A stretch of DNA of 64,000 nucleotides from Bacteroidota bacterium (GCA_007693555.1 REDJ01000063.1:9062-73061), one strand, 5' to 3'; shown: positions 39,705 to 50,176, counted from the stretch's first letter. Numbers and translations are program-made. The notes: generated by a model from the letters alone, not told the origin.

Positions 39705-41204
39705 ATGATATTTCTGTGGGTTGTTATTGGCTATCTTGTTATTTTAATGTCTATCTCCATCTGGAAAAGCTTCATGGTAAAAAGCCAGGAAGATTTTATG
39801 GTAGCCGGTCGAAAGGTATCGACTGCAAAATTGGTAGGCACGTTGTTATGTACCTGGATGGGATCGGGAAGTTTGCTCGCCGGTGCCGGATTGGCTGCTA
39901 ATGTAGGGCTTTCATCATTATGGATGGCAGCAGGAGGCTGGTTAGGAATCATTCTTGTGTTCTTTCTTGCAGGAAAAGTAAGGCGCATAGCAGAGTTTAC
40001 CGTTCCGGATATTTTGGAATTGCGTTACAATAAGTGGGCGCGCATACTGGGTAGTATTGTTATTGTTATTGCCTACACAACCATTGTTGGTTATCAGTTC
40101 AGGGGTGGTGGCTTTATACTAAACCTCGTGGCCGGAATTCCCGAATGGCAAGGAGTTTTGTTGACGGCAGGCTTTATTGTTCTTTTTACCGCATTTGCCG
40201 GAATGCTGTCAATAGTTTCAGTAGATGTAATTAACGGAGCAATAATTACCATTGCAGTTATTATTGCCGTACCTGTAATTTACCTAAACATAGGTGGTTC
40301 AGAGCATCTTACAGCTACCGTGCCTGCAAGTCACTTTACATTTTTAGGTGAAGAAAACTTCTTTTGGGCAATGGGGATATTCTTGCCAACCCTTTTTCTA
40401 TTGTTAGGCGAATCAAACATGTATCAAAAATTCTTTTCTGCCAAAAGTGAAAAAGCAGCCAAGTCTGCAGTAGTCTGGTGGGTAATAGGAACCATTATTG
40501 TTAGCACGGCTTTAGCCAGCGTTGCAATTCTTGCTTTTAGCCATTTCAATGCTTTGCCTGTTGATTCAGATCTTTTCCTGGCAGCTGCAGAAGCCGAAAG
40601 GGTCATATTACATACAGCACGCTACAGCACTGAAGTAGGACTACCTGTTTGGGCGGGCTTATTACTGTTGTGCGCATCGATAGCTATTATTACCTCAACC
40701 GGTAACAGCTTTTTGCTTACGCCATCAACCAATCTGACACGCGATATTTACCAACGCTTTATCAACCCGGAAGCTTCCAGCAAGAAAATTATCCTGGTAC
40801 AGCGTATAATGGTTATTTTGCTCGGAGTTGTTGCTTACTTGCTGCTAACCCAATTCGTAACCATACTTGCCATGGCATTGACTGCCTATACAATGGTGGG
40901 AGCAGGCCTCACCCCTGCCCTGCTGGCAGCATTCCTATGGAAACGAGTTACGGTTTATGGTGGAGTTGCCTCTATAGCTACAGGTATGGGAGTGACGCTC
41001 ATCATCACAATTACCAATTCTATTATGGTAGCTACCCTTGGATATCAGCTTCTGAATGAACAATATATTATCCTGCCGGCTGCATCCGCTTCAATTATTG
41101 TATTGATAGTGGTCTCGCTGCTAACTTCCCGCGATCCTGAAAGCAAGTGGGGAAGGTTTTACACCAAAGATGCATCGCTGGAAAAAGCCATTGAATCTAC
41201 CTGA
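39705..41204 (+). CDS. sodium:solute symporter family transporter
   Basis: 499 aa with about 13 TM segments. The N-terminal SSF pattern is FMVAGRKVS...LLCTWMGSGSLLAGAG. Confidence 0.85.
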   Translation: MIFLWVVIGYLVILMSISIWKSFMVKSQEDFMVAGRKVSTAKLVGTLLCTWMGSGSLLAGAGLAANVGLSSLWMAAGGWLGIILVFFLAGKVRRIAEFTVPDILELRYNKWARILGSIVIVIAYTTIVGYQFRGGGFILNLVAGIPEWQGVLLTAGFIVLFTAFAGMLSIVSVDVINGAIITIAVIIAVPVIYLNIGGSEHLTATVPASHFTFLGEENFFWAMGIFLPTLFLLLGESNMYQKFFSAKSEKAAKSAVVWWVIGTIIVSTALASVAILAFSHFNALPVDSDLFLAAAEAERVILHTARYSTEVGLPVWAGLLLLCASIAIITSTGNSFLLTPSTNLTRDIYQRFINPEASSKKIILVQRIMVILLGVVAYLLLTQFVTILAMALTAYTMVGAGLTPALLAAFLWKRVTVYGGVASIATGMGVTLIITITNSIMVATLGYQLLNEQYIILPAASASIIVLIVVSLLTSRDPESKWGRFYTKDASLEKAIEST

Positions 41205-41220
41205 TATTCTAAGTTTATCA

Positions 41221-41264
41221 AAAAAAAAGATTGGCCTGAAATGTATCGGGCCAATCTTTTTTTT
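41221..41264. terminator. bidirectional rho-independent terminator between convergent genes
   Basis: An A8 run, the stem gattggcc / ggccaatc, then a T8 run. It can serve both the symporter gene (+) and the OTC gene (-). Confidence 0.8.
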
Positions 41265-41283
41265 GAGATTTGATTTTATGGTT

Positions 41284-42285
41284 TTAAGCACCTAAAGTGG
41301 CAACCATTACAGCTTTAATGGTGTGCAGGCGGTTTTCTGCCTGATCAAATACCACAGAGTGTTCTGACTCAAAAACACCTTCAACCACTTCCATACCATC
41401 AAGACCAAACTTCTGATAAATTTCTTCACCAATTGTAGTTTCACGGTTGTGGAATGCCGGCAGACAGTGCAGGAATTTCACCTTGGGGTTTCCGGTTTTT
41501 TTAACCACATCCATATTCACCTGGTAGGGCTTCAGCAATTTGATACGCTCTTCCCACACATGATCGGGCTCGCCCATTGAAACCCAAACATCAGTATAAA
41601 GGAAATCGCAATCTTTAACTGCTTCAGCCACATCTTCGGTAATTGTTATTTTGGCACCGGATTCTTTGGCAATCTCACGGCATTGTGACACCAGTTCTTC
41701 GCTGGGTTGCACCGATTTGGGTGCTGCTGCGCGAAAGTCCATTCCCATTTTTGCGGCACCTACCAGCAAAGAGTTACCCATATTATTTCGTGCATCGCCC
41801 AGGTAACAGAATTTAACCTGATGCAAAGGCTTGTCGCAATGCTCCATCATGGTGAGAAAATCTGCCAGAATCTGGGTAGGATGAAATTCATTTGTTAAAC
41901 CGTTCCATACGGGAACATTTGAATACTCAGCCAATTCCTCAACAATGGTTTGTGCAAATCCTCGGTATTCAATACCATCATACATGCGGCCCAATACACG
42001 GGCAGTATCTTTCATAGATTCCTTTTTTCCTATCTGACTACCGGTGGGGCCCAGATAAGTTACTCTTGCACCCTGGTCAAAAGCTGCTACCTCAAAAGCG
42101 CAACGGGTTCGCGTACTATCCTTTTCAAAAATCAGCGCAATGTTTTTACCATTTAGCCGTGGTTGCTCATAACCGCCATATTTGGCCTTTTTCAGATCCA
42201 GTGAAAGATTCAGTAAAAATTTAATCTCCTGGGGAGTAAAATCCAGTAATTTCAAAAAACTTCTGTTTCTAAGATTGAATGCCAT
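41284..42285 (-). CDS. arcB: ornithine carbamoyltransferase
   Basis: 333 aa with [29 protein letters not shown] and HCLPAFH. I suggest a catabolic role only because a carbamate kinase gene lies upstream on the same strand. Confidence 0.9.
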   Translation of the reverse strand: MAFNLRNRSFLKLLDFTPQEIKFLLNLSLDLKKAKYGGYEQPRLNGKNIALIFEKDSTRTRCAFEVAAFDQGARVTYLGPTGSQIGKKESMKDTARVLGRMYDGIEYRGFAQTIVEELAEYSNVPVWNGLTNEFHPTQILADFLTMMEHCDKPLHQVKFCYLGDARNNMGNSLLVGAAKMGMDFRAAAPKSVQPSEELVSQCREIAKESGAKITITEDVAEAVKDCDFLYTDVWVSMGEPDHVWEERIKLLKPYQVNMDVVKKTGNPKVKFLHCLPAFHNRETTIGEEIYQKFGLDGMEVVEGVFESEHSVVFDQAENRLHTIKAVMVATLGA

Positions 42286-42637
42286 AGTTTAGTATATTTT
42301 AAGGTTTGAAAATTGAATTAAAATGTTCTTAATGATTGATTTAATTGGTTATTGGGTTATTGAGTTATTGAAGCGGAGATCCCGAGAACCGAAGGCAATT
42401 CGGGACTAGGTTCTTAAGTTAAATGTGCAAAGTTGAACTCCCAATGGTACAAGACGATTCTGGATTGATAAGTTGATATTCATAAATATAATTTCGTTTA
42501 GTTAAAGTCTGTTATAATGGAACGCGGATAACGCAGATGCAAAGCAACGCAGATTTTTTATGATTAAAATTTCACACTGGTGTTTCTAAGTTTTTTTCAA
42601 TAATGATTCAATTGCTTAACTATAGGACATTAACTCA

Positions 42638-42700
42638 GAAATCTGAAATCCTAAATCATAAATCCTAAATCCTAAATCCTAAATCATAAATCCTAAATCA
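42638..42700. repeat. heptanucleotide microsatellite (TAAATCC/TAAATCA) x9 in the arcC-OTC spacer
   Basis: Read directly: gaaatct gaaatcc taaatca taaatcc taaatcc taaatcc taaatca taaatcc taaatca. Confidence 0.9.
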
Positions 42701-42711
42701 CTTAACAGAGT

Positions 42712-43653
42712 TTACCCATAAATCACCGTTCCCGCATTGTCATTTTCCAGTTCAGCTGCTTCGGTAATGATCGCCTCCTTGCCGCCACCTTCTACAAACT
42801 CGATACAAGCCCTTACCTTTGGTGCCATGCTACCTTCGGTAAACTGTCCATCCGAAAGATGCTTTTTGATATCAGGCACAGAGACTCTTTCCAGCTTTTG
42901 TTCTCCGGGTTTATGGAAATTGATAAAAACATTGGGTACATCCGTTAGGATAAAAAACTCATCTGCCTTGATCCTGTTGGCCAGCAGCGATGAAGCAAGA
43001 TCTTTATCAATAACAGCATCAATACCAACCATTTTTCCTTTTTCATCAATATAGGCAGGTATTCCTCCGCCACCCACAGTAATTACAATACTTCCTTCAC
43101 GGGCTAGTTTTTCAACTGCTTTCCAGTTAGGAATTTCAACTGGTCTGGGAGATGCCACCACTCTTCTCCAGCCTCTTTTACGAGGATCTTCATGGAAGAC
43201 CCAGCCCTTATCTTTTTTTAGCTGTTCAGCTTCTTCCAGTGTATAAAAAGGTCCGACAGGTTTTGTGGGATTCTCAAATGCAGGATCATTTTTATCTACA
43301 ACAACCTGGGTTACCAGTGTAACAATGTTGCGTTCTATTCCATGTTCGGCAAGCACATTGCGCATTTGTTGTTCTATCATAAAACCAATGGAACCCTGGG
43401 TTTCAGCTACACAAAAATCAATGGGCTGCTTGGGTAAATCGTAAATTTTATTTCCGGCTTCATGTTGCAGCATTACAGTACCAACCTGGGGCCCGTTACC
43501 ATGTCCGATTACAATATCGTATCCTTTTTTAATCAATCCAACCAGGTGCTGACAGGTGTCAAATACATTTTGCTCCTGTTCGTCAATAGTTCCTGCCTGG
43601 TCGCCTCTTAACAATGCATTGCCACCGAATGCAATAACTGATAATTTTTTCAT
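42712..43653 (-). CDS. arcC: carbamate kinase
   Basis: 313 aa with AFGGNAL, HGNGPQVG and VTVGGGGIP, characteristic of carbamate kinase. Confidence 0.93.
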   Translation of the reverse strand: MKKLSVIAFGGNALLRGDQAGTIDEQEQNVFDTCQHLVGLIKKGYDIVIGHGNGPQVGTVMLQHEAGNKIYDLPKQPIDFCVAETQGSIGFMIEQQMRNVLAEHGIERNIVTLVTQVVVDKNDPAFENPTKPVGPFYTLEEAEQLKKDKGWVFHEDPRKRGWRRVVASPRPVEIPNWKAVEKLAREGSIVITVGGGGIPAYIDEKGKMVGIDAVIDKDLASSLLANRIKADEFFILTDVPNVFINFHKPGEQKLERVSVPDIKKHLSDGQFTEGSMAPKVRACIEFVEGGGKEAIITEAAELENDNAGTVIYG

Positions 43654-44009
43654 TTCGATCTAATTTTATGTTTTAAATATTCTTAAATAATAAATTCTGC
43701 AAAAGCAAAAATTCTATTATGCGAATGTTTTTTGTATGAGAATAGAAGATGGGGAAACGGGGAGAATCCCCGGTGTTAAGCAGTACATAAATCTTTGTCA
43801 GGGATGTCTGACGGAAAAAGGATAAAACATACCGGAAAGCCTCTGGTAAGTTCCATAAAAGGTTTATTCATGACAGCTTGTGTTTTGACTGATGCAAAAC
43901 TATAAATATTTATTGAATTGGGGAGTGATTTTAGCGCCTTAATAAAATTTTTTAGAAATGTTCACAAAGTTAATTACTGTAGTCTTGACATGATTATAAG
44001 CAGCTTCAG

Positions 44010-44597
44010 TTATTGCACTTCATCCATTGAAATAATTTCATTGAGAATGGCATACACGGTAAGACCGGCTACGGATTTAATGTTTAATTTCTGTGTAATA
44101 TTTTTCCGGTGCGAAATAACCGTATGGATGGAAATGAACAGTTTATCTGAGATTTCTTTGTTGCTCATTCCCTTTACCAGTAACTTAAGGACATCGAGCT
44201 CTCTTACAGAAAGGGTTTCTTCCGGTTTTTGATTTTTTTTAGCAGGTGTTTTGTCAAGTAATGCGTTAATCTTTTTCTGTATCTTCTGACGGGTATCACT
44301 CACCATAATCACATCATCAAAAAGACCCATAAGTTCATCATCAAATAAAGCATAAACAATAGCAGCAATTTTTATTTCCCCGTTTTGTTTCTCTTTAAGT
44401 ACCTCCAGAGTATTACCACTAACCATTGAGGGATTTAAAATCAAAACATCCGGTTGGAAACGCTCTATATTTTCGTCCAAAGCAGAAGCACATGCTACCT
44501 CCCTGATGGTTCTGAACAACCCCAGGGCCTCAACCAGATAAACCAATCCCTTTCTTATAATTTCCGATTGTTCTGCTACTATTATACTTTTTGACAT
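44010..44597 (-). CDS. LuxR-family DNA-binding regulator with a degenerate (pseudo-)receiver domain
   Basis: The C-terminal HTH is LSVRELDVLKLLVKGMSNKEISDKLFISIHTVISHRKNI. The N-terminal REC-like fold has EQ in place of the acidic DD pair and DVLILNPSM in place of DxxxxD, so Asn replaces the phospho-acceptor Asp. Confidence 0.8.
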   Translation of the reverse strand: MSKSIIVAEQSEIIRKGLVYLVEALGLFRTIREVACASALDENIERFQPDVLILNPSMVSGNTLEVLKEKQNGEIKIAAIVYALFDDELMGLFDDVIMVSDTRQKIQKKINALLDKTPAKKNQKPEETLSVRELDVLKLLVKGMSNKEISDKLFISIHTVISHRKNITQKLNIKSVAGLTVYAILNEIISMDEVQ

Positions 44598-44606
44598 TCC
44601 AGATCT

Positions 44607-45317
44607 TTAATTAACTTTTTGCTCCAAATGTTCTACAATGGGAATCAGTACCTTGTCTTCAATACGGGCATGATTGATAAGATCTTCCTCAAAATCCATA
44701 AGTTCATTTAGAATCCTGATGCGGATATACCTGTCGTTTGATGGTGGAAAGTACTTTATTAACAAACTTTTAAGGTCAGATAGTTTTTCTTCAATATTAT
44801 CATGCCTTTCTTCAAATACACCAATATGATAATCTACAGCTGATATATCAGGATTATTTTTCTTAATTTGCTCTGACAGGGCAGCAACATACGGAAAGGC
44901 AGTGTGGTCCTCGTAGGCGAGATGGTCCTTTACCTCTATGATATATTGTTTGAAAAATTTATCAAGCTGCTCGGTGGCAGGATGATCAACAGTTTTTTTA
45001 AATTCTTCAATTAAACTCTCAAGATAAGGGATCTTTTCCTCAAGGTAATATTTATGTGAATTCTCAAGATAAAGCAGTAGCATATCCACATCCACACTTT
45101 TCAACTTGCGGTCAGGAAAATAATTTGCGTTAAGAAAAACATTGACCATAAGCAGGAAAAAATCAGTATCGATTTCTTTCTGATTGCAAATATCTTTAAC
45201 AGATTTATCACCAACTCCCATCTCAATACCAAAACGAGGAAGTAAAACCAGCGCACGTTTGTCATGGCTGATGATATCTGCCATTTTCATCCTTCCGGAA
45301 ATAATTATATCTTTCAT
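44607..45317 (-). CDS. hemerythrin-like metal-binding domain protein
   Basis: 236 aa with repeated H-x3-E type motifs (HLAYEDHTAFPYV, ERHDNIEEKL, NHARIEDKVLIP) and an N-terminal region loosely like ScdA/RIC N-domains. It ends 10 nt before the LuxR-type gene. Confidence 0.6.
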   Translation of the reverse strand: MKDIIISGRMKMADIISHDKRALVLLPRFGIEMGVGDKSVKDICNQKEIDTDFFLLMVNVFLNANYFPDRKLKSVDVDMLLLYLENSHKYYLEEKIPYLESLIEEFKKTVDHPATEQLDKFFKQYIIEVKDHLAYEDHTAFPYVAALSEQIKKNNPDISAVDYHIGVFEERHDNIEEKLSDLKSLLIKYFPPSNDRYIRIRILNELMDFEEDLINHARIEDKVLIPIVEHLEQKVN

Positions 45318-45357
45318 CGTTTACTTAAATTTACGCAAAATTATGCATACTATCGCT

Positions 45358-45384
45358 ATAAAAAAATCCCCTGTAATGGGGATT
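45358..45384 (-). terminator. rho-independent terminator after the DoxX gene
   Basis: On the minus strand the stem aatcccc / ggggatt has a 6-nt loop and is followed by T7. Confidence 0.75.
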
Positions 45385-45420
45385 CTTTTACAATAACAGG
45401 CAGTAGCATTTATCTATCAG

Positions 45421-45840
45421 TTACTTCCCGAAGAATTTATTATCCAGTGAGTTTTTATCAGAACCGTTTACCAACACAAACAATGCAGTAAGCAGCATGG
45501 ATATGTCAAGCCTTGCTGAGTGGGCAAAGCCCCAGAAGCCATCAGATAACTGAGGAAACTTGGTGGTTATAATTGCAACCAGCATTGTAATGACAAGTGG
45601 TATTGCAGCCAGGCGCGATGCCAGCCCAAACAGTATCAGCAAGCCCCCGATTGTTTCAAAAAATCCTACAAAATATGCTGTAAAGGTCGGCCATGGAAAT
45701 CCCATGTCCAGAAATCTTCCCGGACCCATTGCATCAGGAAAAATGAATTTTTGCAAACCCGCAACCAGAAATACGTATCCCAGTATTAAACGGATAAAGA
45801 TGTAGCCTTTAATTTCATTGGTTTTGAAAAGATTTTTCAT
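45421..45840 (-). CDS. DoxX-family membrane protein
   Basis: 139 aa with four TM helices. The pattern IRLILGYVFLVAGLQKF...ETIGGLLILFG is typical of DoxX. Confidence 0.8.
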   Translation of the reverse strand: MKNLFKTNEIKGYIFIRLILGYVFLVAGLQKFIFPDAMGPGRFLDMGFPWPTFTAYFVGFFETIGGLLILFGLASRLAAIPLVITMLVAIITTKFPQLSDGFWGFAHSARLDISMLLTALFVLVNGSDKNSLDNKFFGK

Positions 45841-45921
45841 AGCGATCTTATTTTTAATGATTTTCTTTTGAAAAAATTGACAAAAATTAAAGTTACATAT
45901 TTAAGAACATTTCTCCTAATT

Positions 45922-47853
45922 CTATCTCCTTACTAAAGTAAGGCTTTGGCCATCTGCTCTTGCCACGTTTTGGTAAAATCTGAAAAAGTCCTGGTACTTT
46001 TCGGGAGGGAAATTCCCTTTATTGGTTTGCAGACGTCTGATATACCATATTTCATTATCCTTAACTATAAATTCAGTTTGAAATGTACCAAACTCCGTCT
46101 CAAATGCATGTTCAGAGAGTTGAGACTCCAGCTCAAACCTATCGGGAATTATAAAAACAATGGTATCTGAAATACACCTGTCAAAATTAAGCACAAAAGG
46201 ATTTTGCCTGTTCCTGATTCTGGGTGGTGTTGAACGGTGCGCAGTTATCAGATTCAAAGGAACAAACATACGCTGCCCGGTTACGGAAGCATATGATCTG
46301 AGTTGAACATCCATTTGTATCGTTGCTATGGGATTATCATCTACTGATTGCGTAATTTGATGACTGTCAATGGTATAATTAGGCAATTGGATGTTTCTGT
46401 AAAGCCACCTCTGCTGATCTTCTTCAGAAATTCGCAATGTACGCATGTAATCCACAAAATAGATACCGCCAAAATCCATCCGTATAGCGCCGGACCCATT
46501 TCCCCGGTTATCAAGAATTACAGTTGTAAAAGAATTATTTATATTTTCATCCCGGTTGTAGGCAGGTGTTCTGATAAGTTTTCCTCCATCTTCACGAATT
46601 AACAGAACAGGTCTGTTATCTGTAAAATCGCCCAGGTGGTTAAATGGAAGATTTTGATCAGTACATTCAAGCCAGATGGTATCATTTTTAAGGGGTACAG
46701 ATAAAATTACATGGTTGAACTGATTAGAGGAAAACTCTTCAACAAATCCGTATGATCCCACTCCTGCTCTTACCAGGGTATAATAGGATTCAATACCTAC
46801 AGCCCGTAACATTGCCATCATGTAGTTTGTCAGTGCTTTACAATCGCCATAGCCCGTCCGATCTACTGTTTGCGCATCAAAAGGTTGCATCCCACCTATT
46901 CCCAAAGCAATATTCACATAACGGGTTCTTGACTGGAGAAATTCATAAATTGCCTTTACCTTTTCCTTGTCGCTTTCCATGCCACTTACCATGTCATTGA
47001 GTTGTTCAACTCTTTCCCGGGGCAAGTTATCCCGGCCTTCATTGAGTGACCATACCCATTTGCCAAACTCCTCCCAGGAAGTATTACTGCCGGCATACCC
47101 GTCAAAAACAAACCGATCAGGAGCGAACATAATACCAGGCGAAATATACCTCAATGCCGGCGACAAATGCTCCCTTCTTATTGCGTGAAGATTGTTAAAA
47201 TCCCAGGTAACCTTTAGCCTGCCTCTGTTATTGTCCTTATTACTATTAACGCCGTCAAGATTAAACTCCATGTAGTTTAATTCCATATTTTGAGGATACT
47301 CAATACTCAGAGATGCTTTCTGGGTGCTCCTGTTATATGCCATTTGCGGCAAAAAAGTCATTGCATAATACATCCCGCGATTATATCTTACTTCATATTC
47401 ATATCTTACAGTGTAGGGATATGAAGAAATATGCGGAATATATCCCATAATTCTGTTGTCTTCATATAAAGAAAACCCTGAAACATTACTTTGATCAATC
47501 AGATCTCTTCTGCGTATACGTGTAATGCTTCTGCCTTGTGCATCAAAAATTTCACCGCTGATAAATCGTGGAGATGAATTTCCATCATATTGAATAGCCA
47601 GAATATCGGGTCCCTTCCCGTTTTCATTTAATATGGTAATGACCACATTCCTTCGCATAGTAAAACTTTCAGGTCCGTCAAAAACAATTGCCATTTCATT
47701 GACCCTGTAAACACTGTTCGCATCTTCAAGCAAAGGTCGGGGGATGAGCGATGCTGCAAAATCTGCTTTCAGGGAAAAAGACAGAAAACATAAAACTGCC
47801 GTTAGAATATATGGTAATCCCCTTTTCATGAGGAGATTGAATTTTTTAATCAT
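45922..47853 (-). CDS. DUF3857-like N-domain plus transglutaminase-like cysteine protease core protein
   Basis: 643 aa with a signal peptide and the transglutaminase-core motif GYGDCKALTNYMMAMLRAVGI containing the nucleophile Cys. Confidence 0.75.
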   Translation of the reverse strand: MIKKFNLLMKRGLPYILTAVLCFLSFSLKADFAASLIPRPLLEDANSVYRVNEMAIVFDGPESFTMRRNVVITILNENGKGPDILAIQYDGNSSPRFISGEIFDAQGRSITRIRRRDLIDQSNVSGFSLYEDNRIMGYIPHISSYPYTVRYEYEVRYNRGMYYAMTFLPQMAYNRSTQKASLSIEYPQNMELNYMEFNLDGVNSNKDNNRGRLKVTWDFNNLHAIRREHLSPALRYISPGIMFAPDRFVFDGYAGSNTSWEEFGKWVWSLNEGRDNLPRERVEQLNDMVSGMESDKEKVKAIYEFLQSRTRYVNIALGIGGMQPFDAQTVDRTGYGDCKALTNYMMAMLRAVGIESYYTLVRAGVGSYGFVEEFSSNQFNHVILSVPLKNDTIWLECTDQNLPFNHLGDFTDNRPVLLIREDGGKLIRTPAYNRDENINNSFTTVILDNRGNGSGAIRMDFGGIYFVDYMRTLRISEEDQQRWLYRNIQLPNYTIDSHQITQSVDDNPIATIQMDVQLRSYASVTGQRMFVPLNLITAHRSTPPRIRNRQNPFVLNFDRCISDTIVFIIPDRFELESQLSEHAFETEFGTFQTEFIVKDNEIWYIRRLQTNKGNFPPEKYQDFFRFYQNVARADGQSLTLVRR

Positions 47854-47863
47854 AGCAAATTTT

Positions 47864-49900
47864 TTAGGACACTTTTTTCAGAACAATTGGTCTGGCTTGT
47901 TCCTCTACAATTCTTGCAAAGAAATTACGTAGCCTCTGATACTCATCTGCAACAAACAAGGCTTTCAGTAATTCCATTTCCACACTTACCTTGACCGTAT
48001 TATCATCGTTCAAAGTAAATCTGCTCACATATCTTCCGCCTCTGCCCGGTATATTGAAAGTGGAGTTGCGGGGAAGTTCTTCAACTTCATAACCCTCAGG
48101 TATATGCACTGTAATTTCAAATGACCTTTTTATGGGGAATATAAAATCAACCGGGAAAAGACGTTCCTCCGTATTGAATGGATTATTCAATGTCTGGTCT
48201 ACTAACAAAGGATTGATGTATAATACATCTCTTGGAGTGTTATCCATTTCCGGAATTTCGAATTCATAATGTGCAATCAACGGAACTGACCAATCATCCT
48301 TGTTTGCCAACTCAAAATTGAGTATTTCCATTCCCGGATGATCTGCTTCAAATCTATCCAGAAAATCTTCCTCACGGTTTACATCTCTTAAGTCCTGCTC
48401 AAGTTGAAGTCGGGTGTAGTTTTGCTTATGTCTTATCAGGTTAGTTTGAACTGAACCACATGGTTTTACATTTACGTTTGAAATTGTATGAATAAAATTA
48501 TCAGCATGTGCTTCCAAATCTATCCAACGGCCATGGGTTTCGGAGACCAGCCTGCCCTGTCCATTGATACACCTTGTGGGTAAAAGATAATAAGGTACAT
48601 GTTTTTCAGTTGCATCCATAACATATTCATTGTCACCAATCTTTGCCCAGGCAACCACATAATTAAAGCTTTGCAGCATGATTTGAGCAGGATTTACCAT
48701 ACCATGAGATCTTGTGCTTAGTATTACAGGTTCTGCATCAATATCCATTTCCTTCAACAACAAAACAAGCATCAGATTGATATCTGCACTGTTGCCATGT
48801 TTATCATCCCATATTCTGCGAAGATTTCTGCTGGTATAAATGGCATTTCGTTCGTTCCATGTCATTTCAGACTGTATAAGTTGAAATGCTGCTACCATTC
48901 TTTCTTTGGGATCAGAATAATTTTCCATTATCCGGCTTACTTCTTCCCTGAGAAAGCCTGATCTGTTAAGCTGTCTGCCAAAATTTTCAGAATCCATCAA
49001 CTGCTTGCTCAACTGAGGCCATGTACTGCTGAAATCTCTCATTCGACCATAAGGCCATCGGAAGTTTACAAGTTCATGTTCTAATTTTGACAGATAATTG
49101 ATGGAAGCATTCATGTAAGGCTCACGATTAAACGCAGGTGCATTGTTTACTCTTAGTATGGTAATGTTTTCCATGTATTCCACATTGGCCGAATGCTTTG
49201 TTACTCTTCCCATTACATGCGTCTCTTCCCATTCTACCGTAAATCTCCTTTGTCTTGAATCATTCTGACGTTCATCCAATGATAAATAGCCTCCCATCAT
49301 CGGACGATAAAAGAAATATTCCGGAATATACATACGGTATTCACTGAATACTGTGGGATAATCATTTTGAAAAAACCACATGGGAAGTATGTCAAGGAAA
49401 GGAGACACAATTGTATACTCTACATCAAATACACTGCCTTCTCTGACATCAGGCAAGGTAAAATTGACGGTTTTCAGGTTTTCATGTACCTCCTCTTCAT
49501 AGCTGTCCCTTCTGTTAAATCTGGTGCGGTTTACCCTGTTATTCTCGGGAGTAAAAATGACACCTTTCAGACTAACCAGTCTCTCCCTGCTAGAGCCCGA
49601 TGAATAGAGCGGAATTCTGAAATTTGCCATATCAAGAGCATCACGATCAAATATTTTAACCCTCATGTGCCTGGTATAATGCCTTTGAAAGCCCTCATTT
49701 CTGTCATATAAAATTTCAACTACACCATAATCTCCTAAAATTAAGGCTTTAGCAGTTGTATCCGCATCATACTGCGTCATTTTAAAGTATTTGTCATCTA
49801 TCCGGCCATAACGCATAGGATCACGTTGTGCCCCGGCCTGGTAAAACAGGATAACAAGAAAAATGAATACTCCTGTAATTCTTAATACATTGGTTTTCAT
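47864..49900 (-). CDS. paralogous DUF3857/transglutaminase-like protein with Ser in the nucleophile position
   Basis: 678 aa with a signal peptide and the same overall architecture. The equivalent core motif reads HGNSADINLMLVLLLKEMDI (Ser instead of Cys). Confidence 0.7.
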   Translation of the reverse strand: MKTNVLRITGVFIFLVILFYQAGAQRDPMRYGRIDDKYFKMTQYDADTTAKALILGDYGVVEILYDRNEGFQRHYTRHMRVKIFDRDALDMANFRIPLYSSGSSRERLVSLKGVIFTPENNRVNRTRFNRRDSYEEEVHENLKTVNFTLPDVREGSVFDVEYTIVSPFLDILPMWFFQNDYPTVFSEYRMYIPEYFFYRPMMGGYLSLDERQNDSRQRRFTVEWEETHVMGRVTKHSANVEYMENITILRVNNAPAFNREPYMNASINYLSKLEHELVNFRWPYGRMRDFSSTWPQLSKQLMDSENFGRQLNRSGFLREEVSRIMENYSDPKERMVAAFQLIQSEMTWNERNAIYTSRNLRRIWDDKHGNSADINLMLVLLLKEMDIDAEPVILSTRSHGMVNPAQIMLQSFNYVVAWAKIGDNEYVMDATEKHVPYYLLPTRCINGQGRLVSETHGRWIDLEAHADNFIHTISNVNVKPCGSVQTNLIRHKQNYTRLQLEQDLRDVNREEDFLDRFEADHPGMEILNFELANKDDWSVPLIAHYEFEIPEMDNTPRDVLYINPLLVDQTLNNPFNTEERLFPVDFIFPIKRSFEITVHIPEGYEVEELPRNSTFNIPGRGGRYVSRFTLNDDNTVKVSVEMELLKALFVADEYQRLRNFFARIVEEQARPIVLKKVS

Positions 49901-50176
49901 AGTGAATTGGTTTTATTGGTAAAATATATAATTGATTTTCTGTATGGAAAGTTTGTGTAAAAAAGCACTTTGACTGACATATGTTGGCAGACGAAAATAA
50001 ACATTTTTTAACATTTTGGGATGGTTCAAACCCTGTTTAACATTTACAAAGGCTAATTTAAAAAGGGTCTAAATAACAAGAAAGAAAAGAGAAATGTTGC
50101 TTTAGAGGGCAAAATCGGAATCAGTAAAATCCCCCAAAAAAACTAGCGTACTGATTTTTATAACTTTATTTTTGAT

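Noticed and set aside
43918-44232. 104-aa plus-strand ORF downstream of arcC
   Set aside because: It overlaps the LuxR-type gene in antisense and has no supporting features.
50015-50040. tRNA-like T-loop sequence ggttcaaaccc
   Set aside because: The flanks do not form a T-stem or an acceptor stem, and no cloverleaf can be drawn.
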